Source of the DNA: Vermamoeba vermiformis
Lineage: Eukaryota
Length of the DNA stretch: 20,000 nt
Assembly: GCA_045837725.1 (NCBI GenBank)
Contig: JBEWZL010000084.1
Coordinates: forward strand, 557,737-577,736
Reading direction: 5' to 3'
The notes beneath the pieces are model-generated. The model was not told the origin of the DNA. It made no database searches and worked only from the letters and a program-made list of their open reading frames with translations. The translations under genes and the position numbers were made by a program. Positions 10,380-20,000 of this stretch are shown piece by piece (positions within the stretch are counted from its first letter, which is position 1; every line of letters begins with the position of its first letter).

Positions 10380-11152
10380 ATGTTTGCATATGTTACTTTC
10401 GTTGGTACAAACAATGAATACATTGACTATGTTATAGTATTGCAGAGATCTTTGCATAGGCATTTGAATAAGTACCCTTTGCTATGTGTAATTACCAAAA
10501 CTGTTAGTGAAGAAAACATTCTGAAACTGGCATCTGAGAACATCAAAACAAAGGTGTTAGAAAAAGATGTAGAGTTTTCTACAAGTACCAAGCACAACCT
10601 CAGAGGTCCGGTAGTTTTCAATAAGCTACAATTGTGGACTTTTCTGGAATACTCAAAGTTAGTGTATTTGGATTCAGGTATGAAAGAAGAAGTTGAAGTG
10701 CAAGTCTAACATTTGTAGATACAATTGTATGTCAAAATATTGACCACCTTTTTGATCTGAATGTGGATTTTGCTGCCTGCCCTTCATCAGTTTCACCTGA
10801 TTTGTTTAGTACAGGAGTGTTTGTTTTCAAGCCTAGCATGGACCGCTATAACGAGGTGATGGACCTCTTACAAAAGAGCTCTGAGCTTAATGGAGATGGA
10901 TTTCTGCTGAATTCCATCTTTCCTGCTTGGAATGATTCTTCAAATGGCAAATTGCCCTTTGGTTACAACATGAGCATTTCTGCTTCGTGGGATTTCCCTG
11001 AATACTGGAATTGGAGGCTTAAGCAAAACCGCATATTTGTAGTTCATTTTGTAGATAGATGGAAACCTGACAGACCAATGCCCTCTGCAAATAACTTAAC
11101 AAAACAAATTCTTGAATATTGGATGGAGCTCAAACAATTGAAACACAATTAA
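10380..11152 (+). CDS. Glycogenin/galactinol-synthase-like GT8 glycosyltransferase
   Basis: Two exons (10380-10677, 10719-11152; 41-bp intron). AYVTFVGTNNEY, FNKLQLW..EYSKLVYLDS|DTIVCQNIDHLF (DxD intact), FSTGVFVFKPS, LPFGYN, VVHFVDRWKP. Confidence 0.93.
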
Positions 11153-11172
11153 TTCCTGTAATTTAGTAATGG

Positions 11173-11745
11173 TTATTCAATAAATAGAGGAAAGAGTTTA
11201 TTAAATGGAAAGAGATTTCTGTCATACTTTGCATTGAGGTTACAGAACGCTGCATAGTCTGGTCCTTCAATAGCATTACACTGCTCTTCTGTAGATGTTA
11301 CAAAACTGTAGTTATATGGTAATTGTATGCATGTCATCAGGCAGTTTTCCACCTGAAATATTTGAAGAAAGAAAGAAACAGAATAGCCCAAAACTCATAT
11401 TCTGCAAATTGGCCCCTCCAGGGGCATAATGTGAAGGATTCTTAGCCTGTAAGGGAATACCAGATAAATTGCAGTCACATTGTTATCATGGAATAAATAT
11501 TCCTTGATGGTTTCCAAGCTGGTATGAGAAAAAAGCAGAAAAAGAGTCAAATTAATAAAAGAAAGGCTTGATAAACAACTTCTCCAGCAGTTCTAACCTC
11601 CACTTCTTTTGCTTGCGGTCAAAAACAGACCATTTAGGTATACTGAAAATCCAAAAAATTGCAATTCATGAAAAAAATTGTTTCATGAAACAATAACCAG
11701 CTCTGGTAGTGTCATTGCATTTGTGATAATGACAGATCCAAACAT
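11173..11745 (-). pseudogene. Possible decayed spliced gene fragment, unidentified
   Basis: Short exon-like frames separated by pyrimidine-rich AG acceptors; no continuous reading frame or known motif could be assembled. Confidence 0.2.
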
Positions 11746-11909
11746 GTTTGATCAAGGAGGACATTCAAAACGTAAGTTTATTTTAACTAAAACAAAATGT
11801 GAATGCTTTTAAATGGCTGTTACTGCACTTTTAACACCCCTCCAATAACAGTAATCATAATGCATCAATATGAGCTCTATTTATCGTGGAGCATAATTGA
11901 GCGACAACC

Positions 11910-12177
11910 TTATTAAAATCTCAATGCTATGATTTGATGTGTGGAGTTACAAATATGCTTTCAAATGTCCTTGTTCTCCTCTTCAACCTGATACCCAAAA
12001 CTTTTGTAGGTGGGATATGAAACAAAGTATGACTCCAGCACTCATGATAAAGTTCTTTTCCCATAACTTACATTCACAACTGAGTGAGTTTTTTATTTGA
12101 TCAAATGAACAAATGGCCTGAAGCTCCTGTGAATTTTAACTTGCCCAGAGTCAGATCCACAGTCTAGTGTTGGATTC
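11910..12177 (+). mobile_element. Fourth fragment of the Transib/RAG1-like transposase, retaining segments deleted in the other copies
   Basis: Matches 1377-1449 and 2040-2103; reads LLKSQCYDLMCGVTNMLSNVLVLLFNLIPK and has ~105 extra bp between CTCATG and GATCCAC. Confidence 0.85.
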
Positions 12178-13293
12178 ACCATTGAGAAGCAGTTGCAACA
12201 AACAGTTTGCATGCTGACAAAGTTGTATTGAAGAGATAAGCACAAAAACTTATTCAAAATATTATCTGGAAGTTTATTTGAATATCAAATCATTTCTTGA
12301 TTTCTGTAAACACCACCTCAAAACCTATCAATTATTTAATTTTAGCCAGATTGAAAGTCATTGATCTGTACAGCACTTACAGACTGACTACATTTCTCAT
12401 TGATACTTGTTATCCAATCATAACGACTGAAAGATGTTATAATCAAAAGTTTTGTGTGCAGTTGCCCATTAATTTTGGGAGAATGGTTGTTAAAATTAAA
12501 ACAAAAATGTATCATTAAGGTATTTTATCAAGGGTAAATTGATTTTCTGCGTTAGGAAAAACCAAAAACGTGAAAGCCCAAAAATCTCAGTAGTGTTTTC
12601 ACATTATCCAATGGACAGCAACTCCTCTCCTCAGTCTTCTATAGATTACATGACAAGCCCACGTTATGCCTCCCCTCCACCAATCAAAAGTAGTGGCCAA
12701 GAACTTGGAAGATATGCTGAACAATCTGTAATTTCACCTTCAATTAATGAAACAACAAATAAATAAACTCTGTACCCAATTGCATGAAATGCAGTGCCTT
12801 GTTTTTTTAATGCTGGCTACCCTATCTTAGTCTCCATAGTCATTGCTTTTGTGAAATTGAAAAACTTGAAAATAAATGTTTTAATGCATTTCATTGTTGT
12901 TAATTTGAAAAGCAAATGTTTCTAATTATACCTTCCAAAATATTTGCTACTTCACATTAAAATTCTCCATCCAATAAGCTACGCAATATGTTGTGGCTTG
13001 TTCAAAAGTACAGGGAGCCATTTAATTTGAATGATAAAGGTGTTGAATTTCAAATAAAGAAAAAGCAATTTTACATTTTAATTAAAGAATTATGATAAAA
13101 AATAGTTTATTCATGAAAAATCTTGGTTCATGAATCTATGCCATCCAAAAATGAATTTTATTATAGTAGGTTTCTGGGTTATAAAAACCCCAACATCAGT
13201 GGAAGGGCGATTTTTCAAAATAATCGATTTTGCATTTATTATAAATAAAATTCTTTATAATCTAATGTTTAGCAGACTCCTGGAGTTGTTGAA

Positions 13294-13580
13294 TCAAAGA
13301 TTTGTCTTACAATGTCCAGTCCTGCTTCTTTGGCCATTCCACTGTACCAGCAATTTGTCTCCTTGCTTGTCATGAATTTTCTGCACAGTGTTGCACAATT
13401 TCACTTGCCCTTTAAATTTCTTCAATAACTCTTGTGCACCAACAAGTTGTTCATCAGTAAACCATTCATCATATTTGTCATTTGAAATATTCTCAACAGC
13501 AGTATCTTTGAATTTGACTTTGTATTCCTTGTTTCCATTTTGAATGCACACATCAACAATCTGTTGAATGTCGTAAAGTC
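13294..13580 (-). pseudogene. Tandem chromodomain-coding fragment
   Basis: YDIQQIVDVCIQNGNKEYKVKFKD...YDEWFTDEQLVGAQELLKKF fits the chromodomain pattern; it is followed by a second partial unit TVQKIHDKQGDKLLVQWNG. Upstream frame is closed by stops. Confidence 0.7.
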
Positions 13581-13834
13581 AACTGTTTGCATTCTCTCAT
13601 TGTTTTGAGATGGTCTTTGGACAATGGGATCAAGCAGAACTTGGGGAGTTCACTGACTATGAAATTCAGGTCTCCTTTAGTTTTTTGTAGTTGAAAAGGT
13701 TGGCTCCATTCACTTTGTTCACAACTTGATTTGATACGAACACAACCTTTGTGATACTTTGAGAACTATATATTATATAGGATTTAGGGCTGGGGCTAGG
13801 ATTTTTGTTGACAAAAAAAAATTCACCCCTTCGA

Positions 13835-14262
13835 ACTTTGGTGTACAGCGCCTCGCACCAGTGTACACCTAAGTGTATGCCCCTTTGCACCCATACACTT
13901 TAGTGTACGCCTCTTCGCACCCATACACTTTGGTGTACGCCTCTTCGCACCTGTGTACACCTAAGTGTATGCCCCTTCGCACCCATACACTTTAGTGTAC
14001 GCCCCTTCGCACCTGTGTACACCTAAGTGTATGCCCATTCGCACCATACACTTTAGTGTACGCATCTTCGCACCCATACACTTTGGTGTACGCCCCTTCG
14101 CATCCATACACTTTAGTGTACACCTCTTCGCACCTGTGTACACTTTAGTGTATGCCCCTTCGCACCTGTGTACACCTAAGTGTACGCCCCTTCGCACCCA
14201 TACACTTTGGTGTATGCCTCTTCACACCAGTGTACACTTTGGTGTACCTTCACACCCATGCA
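13835..14262. repeat. Minisatellite of ~13-14 mixed 30/32-bp units with a TACAC-N4-GTGTA hairpin core
   Basis: Units CCATACACTTTAGTGTACGCCCCTTCGCAC and CTGTGTACACCTAAGTGTATGCCCCTTCGCAC. Confidence 0.95.
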
Positions 14263-14425
14263 CTTCAAGTAAACACTCATTCTGGGGTATTGACAACACA
14301 GAGGTAATATTTTTTATAAATAAATCAAATTAATTATGTTGATCACACAAACCATGCTATCTACCAGGTGAGCAGTTCTAGACAGAATTGTTAAAGTCAA
14401 TTACAACTGGAGTAACAAAAAACTT

Positions 14426-15150
14426 ATGCTTACCACACAGCAAGGACCCGCAGAGGTGGGCTACTTCATCATCAAGCAGCTCAGCCACTCTACAAACAGA
14501 TGGCTTGCCAAAGAGGAGCACAGTGCACTGCCAAGCAGCAGCAAGCACGTGATAGCAACACTGAGCAGTTCTGCGAGTGCTCTCAAGACCCCCATGAAGA
14601 ATGTGTGGACACTGCCACCCAAGCCCATGTCAATTGCGAGCACAATCAGCGAGAAGAGTGCCAAGCCCCTAAGTGCCTCGGTGAGCGTCAAGCCAGCCAG
14701 CAAGCCTGAGCCCGTGCTGTTCACGTCACCCAAGCCCAGCAGCAGTGTGGCACTCCCGCCCAGTCCGTCTTTCTCTAGAGTGTGGCACTGAACACGAGTG
14801 AGTGACCAGATCTGCTCAAGGCCAGTGCCGTCAATGGCAAGGACGGTGAGCAGCCTGTGAGTGAAGAGGAGGAGGTGGAGCGTGTTGTGGAGCCTGCGAG
14901 CAAGAAGAAGAAGGGTGCCAAGCACAATGCCACTAGCACTAGCAGCGCGACAAGTACTAGCAGCAGTGCCAGCACCAGCAGGTTGAGTGCCAGTCTGTGT
15001 GCCTTGCCTGCGACAGCACTCTGGGCCAAGAAACAGAAGCACAAGCTCACTGCCTGCTCTGACAGCATGCCTGCCAGTCCTGCCACCACCAACGGCAACG
15101 ATTGTTGTTTGGGGGATCGCCAGCTTCACACTTTATTAGTCCAATCATGA
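14426..15150 (+). pseudogene. GC-rich low-complexity Ser/Pro/Ala/Lys coding remnant, probably transposon-derived
   Basis: Broken + strand frames (14426-14791, 14857-15150) with KP/SS-rich text, EEEEE and KKKK runs; GC content clearly above the flanks. Confidence 0.4.
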
Positions 15151-15652
15151 ATACGCTAATTTATCGGGTGTTAATATCCACCACGTACTAACTTGTATAT
15201 TATTTTACTTACACCTGCGGCCGTTCGCGTTCAAGGTCTAGCCTCGCGGAGATGCATCGCACTTTGAAATGCACCAATGAACAATCTGAATGTTAAATGA
15301 GTTAGTAATTATTGTATTGAGTAGTTGATAACTTACCTGTAATCAAGATATGCCGTTGGATCGCACCATTTATATGAGAAATATCAAAAAACATCGGGGT
15401 TAGGGTTGTGAAAGCTGTTTTCGAAAGACAATCCTTCTTTGGCTCAAGAAGGGAATTCAAGAAGAAAGACAGGCAGTGATGAAAATCCCTTCCCCTACTA
15501 GGCAATCCCTCCCTGAGACAGGAAGGGATTTCGAAAGAACAAAGGGAAAAATGAAGGAAATTTATATATATAACAAGGCTTGGCCATATAGGGGCTAGCC
15601 CAGTTATGACCATCTTGAACACAGGGTTAACTGAAGTTCTGAGGCAGCAAAC

Positions 15653-15870
15653 CAAGTTCCGAGGCTGTCGAAGCAAGTCCCGAGGCTGTCGAAGCAAGTT
15701 CCGAGACTGTCGAAGCAAGTTCCGAGGCTGTCAAAGCAAGTTCCGAGGCTGTCGAAGCAAGTTCCGAGGCTGTCGAAGCAAGTTCCGAGACTGTCGAAGC
15801 AAGTTCCGAGGCTGTTCAAGCAAGTTCCGAGGCTGTCGAAGCAAGTTCCGAGGCTGTCGAAGCAAGTTCA
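15653..15870. repeat. 21-bp tandem repeat CAAGTTCCGAGGCTGTCGAAG, ~10 copies
   Basis: Directly visible near-perfect array with degenerate flanking units. Confidence 0.97.
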
Positions 15871-16059
15871 ATGGTGATTGAACAAGTTCCAAGGCAATTG
15901 AACCATATTCAAAACACCTGCAAAGTTCACTAACCCAAAGAATAGTTAACAAGTAAATGAACATTTATTAAAACTCATTAGTCACAAGTATAGTGCAGTC
16001 ACAAAGTAAAATTGAACTAAGTCAAACACTCATGACAGTGCATAAACCTACTTAAAACA

Positions 16060-16695
16060 TACTGTGACTGCACTGCAAAAATTCATCCAAGTCCAACATT
16101 CGTGACCGCACTGGTCGCAAAGTAAAAATGACACGAAGTTCAACATTGTGACCATGCTGGTCACGAAGCGAAAATTCATCCAAGTCCAACAGTCGTGACC
16201 GCGCTGGTCACAAAGTAAACTGATGCGAAGTTCAGCACGTCACAAAGCAAAAACCAATCCAAGTCCAACGTCATGACCCCACTGGTCACAAAGTAAACTG
16301 GCGTGAAGTTCAACATTGTGACCATGCTGGTCACGAAACGAAAATTCATCCAAGTCCAACAGTCGTGACCACGCTGGTCACAAAGTAAACTGATGCTAAG
16401 TCAACCAATCGTGACCACGCTGGTCACGAAGCAAAAATTCATCCAAGTCCAACAGTCGTGACCGCGCTGGTCACAAAATAAACTGACACGAAGTTCAACA
16501 TCGTGACCGTGCTGGTCACAAAGCAACAACCAATCCAAGTCCAACGGTCATGAGTCTGAGCAAATGTTAATCAAGGCAAACTCTCGTGACCGTTCAGTTC
16601 ACGAAGCTAATGAACCAGATCCAACCCGTGAACGCACTGGTCAAAAACCTATTCAATTAAAGTGAAATGCTCACGACCGCTCCGGTCACGAAAGA
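16060..16695. repeat. Higher-order tandem array of ~43-47-bp units with palindromic core GTGACC-N5-GGTCAC
   Basis: About 13-15 cores separated by two alternating linker types (AAAATTCATCCAAGTCCAAC and AAAGTAAACTGA..AAGTTCAAC); decays at both ends. Confidence 0.92.
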
Positions 16696-16847
16696 CACAA
16701 ATAAGGGACGTACCAGTTACTAAGCTGGTCTCTAGTAAACAGAATAATTATTTGAGTGCGTACAAACCAGTCAAAACCATCAGGGCGGTGTGGCTAATTA
16801 TTCATTTATTACGGATGTAATTCCGATCCGAGCTGGCCAAGCCAACA

Positions 16848-17490
16848 ATGGGAAGCAAAAAAAGGAAGCGCAAGCAGGCGCAACCGCGACAAGAAGTTGC
16901 TTCTGCTCCGGAAACGGCACCTGCTTGGAAATTCGATGAGCTTGGCTTCATTGAAGGTTTTACTGGGATCGGAGAAGAATGGTTTCATCAAGAGTCGTTC
17001 ACTCGCCGCGATTCTGTACTTTCGCCGAAGAGGAAGCGGGTCGAGGAGGAACACAAGCCTCAAAAGAAGCCGCGCTTAATTGTAGAGGATCAATTAAATG
17101 ATATCGACGTGCTTTCTGTGAAATCTCGTGGAAACTCTTCCCTAGCAAGAGTGGATATGGATTCACCTTCTTTTAGTCCTTTTCGAAACCCCGAGCCCGC
17201 GTTGGTAAGATCAGACCCATGATCTAAAACGAATATCGGTAACAAATTTTTTTTAGGACTCTCCTGCCATTTCAATCAACGAGGGCAGTGAAGTGGATAT
17301 TCTTCCCAGGACTGAAGGTGAGAGAGATACGCAAGCTGGATCGGGAATTAATTTTTTTTCAGTTTTAGATCTAAGCGTCAAAGCTTACGATTGGGAGCCA
17401 ATTCTTTGGAATGTTGGGGAGGAGCCTATCCTCTCGAAGAATGCGGTCATTAGTATACTATGTAGGGCTAACTTCTACTTTAGGGTTTAA
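16848..17490 (+). CDS. Spliced gene of unknown function with basic NLS-like clusters, possibly 3'-truncated
   Basis: MGSKKRKRK...PKRKR...KKPR; introns 17205-17256 and 17318-17362 (GT-AG) join the frames PAL|DSPAISINEG...RTE|VLDLSVKAYDWEP; ends immediately before the 50-bp array. Confidence 0.55.
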
Positions 17491-17507
17491 CTTTTAACTT
17501 TTTTTAC

Positions 17508-17808
17508 AGGGGCGTCCCCGTGACGCGGACGGGGGTCTGGTCAAACTTGGTCAACAAGGGGGCGTCCCCATGGCGCGGACGGGGGTCTGGTCAAACTTGG
17601 TCAACAAGGGGGCGTCCCCGTGGCGCGGACGGGGGCTGGTCAAACTTGGTCAACAAGGGGGCGTCCCCGTGGCGTGGATGGGGGTCTGGTCAAACTTGGT
17701 CAACAAGGGAGCGTCCCTGTGGTGTGGATGGGGGTCTGGTCAACAACAAGTGTTCCCACGGCACAGATCAGGGTCTGGTAAAATTGGTCAACAGGAGGCG
17801 TTCCTGTC
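17508..17808. repeat. 50-bp GC-rich tandem repeat, ~5 copies plus a decayed one, hairpin-forming
   Basis: Unit GGGGGCGTCCCCGTGGCGCGGACGGGGGTCTGGTCAAACTTGGTCAACAA; CGTCC...GGACG inverted repeat in each unit. Confidence 0.95.
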
Positions 17809-17908
17809 ACATTAAACATCATGTAGAGGGCTTGTATTGACTTCATTTAAGTGTAAAATAAAGATTTCATGTGCCAATACAAAGCGAGTGTTTTTTTAAG
17901 TAATCAAA

Positions 17909-17965
17909 TTTATGGCCAGCCATAAAGCTAAACAGACTGAGGATACAAATTATGGCCAGCCATAA
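17909..17965. repeat. Pair of near-palindromes TTATGGCCAGCCATAA
   Basis: At 17909-17926 and 17950-17965; related to perfect copies at 19869-19890 and 19969-19982. Confidence 0.85.
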
Positions 17966-18098
17966 AAAAAAAGGAAACTGGATGAACTCTACCTTTAAGG
18001 TGAGGCAGACAAGTTCTTGAGACAATTTTACCCAAAATAAAAGAGCAAGATGTCAAAGTACAAGTCACATTTACCAAAAGACGTTTTTTATTGAAAAT

Positions 18099-19276
18099 TT
18101 ACAAGGAGTAAATGTCTAAATTAATGAAAGAATACATTTGTTTAATTTGAGCAATTTTTTTGGCACCGTTGCCTTGAAGAACCATTTTGATGAGAACAGT
18201 GACAGATACAGGAGAGGTCGGGTCATTGATGTCAAAATTAGAAGAGCAATCAAGAAGCAATAATTTCTTGCCATTTTTAATCATATCTTGCAACAATCTA
18301 AGGCATGCAGGCTTCGCAGTTTCTAAAACCCATAGATAAGGCAAAATGAAGAACAAGTCATGTGCCATGGAAGGAGTGATAATGATGGCGCTCGTTTCCC
18401 CCTATTATGACAATTAGATAAGAATTATTGAATGCAAATAGTAAACTTACCAATTGCCAGCCTAAAAGTTCTTTTGACGGTTCCTTGCGGTGAATTTTTT
18501 CTTGCAACTGCAACATTGTTGTGTTGATTGTAGGATTGCTTTTGAATAGTTTGAAGCATTCATAAATGCCTTGAACTGTAATTGAGTTCCTGGATGAATT
18601 GATAACCTACTTGAATGGTTAATATGTAAAGGCAAGTGAAACAAAGGGCACGTACCGGAATATGGGAAATAGCTGGTTGAAAATGAGCTTGCAAGGTGTA
18701 GAATACTTTGGTAGTATCTCTAATTACAATCTTGGTGTTAGAAGACAATAAAATGCCAGAAAAAACAACTTACGTAATATCAATAACCTCTAAGTCCAAA
18801 TGTCGTTGTCTTAACAAGGAGATTGTTTTGGTGTCGCTGACCTTTGCGCAAAAAATTGAAGGGGGTTGGGCTGGTAGTGAAGGAGGCTGAAAGTTTGTTG
18901 TTGCCTCGCAGTCATCGCTCTCAAGGGCCGTTGCAGGACAACCATTTGGAGAGAAGCGCTCAAGTACTTCAGGTTCGGAGCTTGTGTCTGCAAAACTAAT
19001 GAGCTTGTGAAGGGCAAAAGAAGTAAGGGAACAAACCATCTTCGGATTGAATCTTCTGTTTGCCCATATTGTGCACTCTTTGTACTGTAAAAACTATCAG
19101 TAAATTATAAAAATAATTATGATATAACTTACTTTCTTCTGCCGTTGGTTTGTAGCCAGCAGGTTTTCCTATTTTGCGTGCCAGATGTCAGTCAGTCACT
19201 TGTCACGAAAAAAAAGAAATGATAATAGTTACAACTTACCAGCATAAAGAAGCATTATTTTATCAGCAAGGTTCAT
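18099..19276 (-). CDS. Seven-exon gene of unknown function (~285 aa)
   Basis: Six ~48-71-bp GT-AG introns give an open frame MNLADKIMLLYA|GKPAGYKPTAEE|IQRVHNMG...|DTSSEPEV...DIT|DTTKVFY...HIP|VINSSRNS...GWQL|GETSAIIITPSMAHDLFF...DIYSL*; no family recognised. Confidence 0.65.
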
Positions 19277-19564
19277 TTATTCAGTGATTTCTAAATTTTC
19301 TACAAAATAATTAAATAATTGGATGCGGATTTAAAGCACCAGTGAATTTGGGTAGCTGGCTTATGTACATAAATTAATAATGTAAAAATGGTTTACTTAC
19401 TTTAAGTCTTTCAGGTAGAATGGCCTTCGTGGTTGTGGTACCTCGTGGAAAAAATTTTGATCTAGACCAGAGTTTTTTTTTTGTTTTGCTTTATTTTAAC
19501 TTGTAAACCCAAGTAATACCTCTTGTGGCATTTAAAAAACCAAGCCCTCACCACCGGAATTGCA

Positions 19565-19627
19565 ATGGAAGACGTGGTAAAAGCGCGCGAGATCGTACAA
19601 CAAAATCTGCCAGAATTGCCCAGTGAA
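19565..19627 (+). CDS. Possible first exon of a divergent gene
   Basis: ATG...MEDVVKAREIVQQNLPELPSE followed by a phase-0 GTAAGT donor; no second exon found. Confidence 0.25.
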
Positions 19628-19868
19628 GTAAGTTAAAATACTAAATTTACCTGGCAAATAATTATATATTATACCTTGCAACCAATAAACTGGTTTGCCT
19701 TGGTTTTAACTGCTTTTTTTTTTTTTAATCCGCATCCGGATCTTTTTTTTTAAATTAAATTCTTGCCTGGCTTCAATTAGTACACCAATTATATTATTAT
19801 AATTAGAATTTTAAAATTTTAGCTTAAATTAAACCAAACTGCTGGACAAAGGAACTTACGCACCTTAC

Positions 19869-19982
19869 ATTTTATGGCCGGCCATAAAATTTTTACCAGG
19901 ACTAAGTCCAAAAATGCCTCAAAGGCGCAGGTTCGAATCCGGGTGGGGGCAATTTTTTTTATTTTCTTTATGGCCGGCCATA
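19869..19982 (+). other. tRNA-like B-box remnant bracketed by two TATGGCCGGCCATA palindromes
   Basis: GGTTCGAATCC at 19930-19940, GGGGGCA end and T8 run at 19953-19960; 22-bp perfect palindrome at 19869-19890 and a 14-bp copy at 19969-19982. Confidence 0.55.
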
Positions 19983-20000
19983 GAGTCCTGCTATATTGCC

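Noticed and set aside
13666-14333. ORFs 13666-13890, 13961-14197 and 13965-14333
   Set aside because: Largely translations of the 30/32-bp minisatellite, open on both strands.
14461-15129. 222-aa minus-strand ORF
   Set aside because: Antisense shadow of a GC-rich low-complexity + strand remnant; the Leu-rich text mirrors AAG/CAG/GAG codons.
15397-15412. Telomeric repeat (GGGGTTAGGGTTG; similar at 13785 and 17479)
   Set aside because: Only one or two units, too short for a telomeric tract.
15302-15964. Repetitive ORFs (KFRGCRS, LRQPRNL, GTCFDSL)
   Set aside because: Artefacts of a stop-free 21-bp repeat; no preferred frame or supporting gene structure.
16060-16695. CRISPR array
   Set aside because: Linkers are two recurring homologous types rather than unique spacers; eukaryotic context; no cas genes.
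17520-17840. ORFs over the 50-bp array
   Set aside because: Unit length is not a multiple of three; the peptides are repeat artefacts.
19890-19960. Functional tRNA gene
   Set aside because: No cloverleaf: D and anticodon arms are missing and the T-stem is mismatched.

Overview
AT-rich eukaryotic DNA (fungus- or protist-like; many 40-55 bp GT-AG introns; taxon cannot be fixed from sequence alone) from a repeat-rich accessory region. The left 12 kb holds four apparently intact enzyme genes: a ~12-intron cytochrome P450, two glycogenin-like GT8 glycosyltransferase paralogues (one with the DxD motif, one lacking it), and an intronless class I/II PLP aminotransferase divergent from the DxD-bearing GT8. 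They are interleaved with four same-strand fragments of a decayed Transib/RAG1-like DDE transposase, two MITEs and several pseudogene scraps. The P450 and the aminotransferase/GT8 divergent promoter share an exact 17-bp motif, so this may be a small co-regulated biosynthetic cluster inside transposon debris. The right 7 kb has a tandem chromodomain fragment, four tandem arrays (three with palindromic cores), two spliced genes of unknown function, a recurring TATGGCCGGCCATA palindrome and a tRNA-like B-box remnant.
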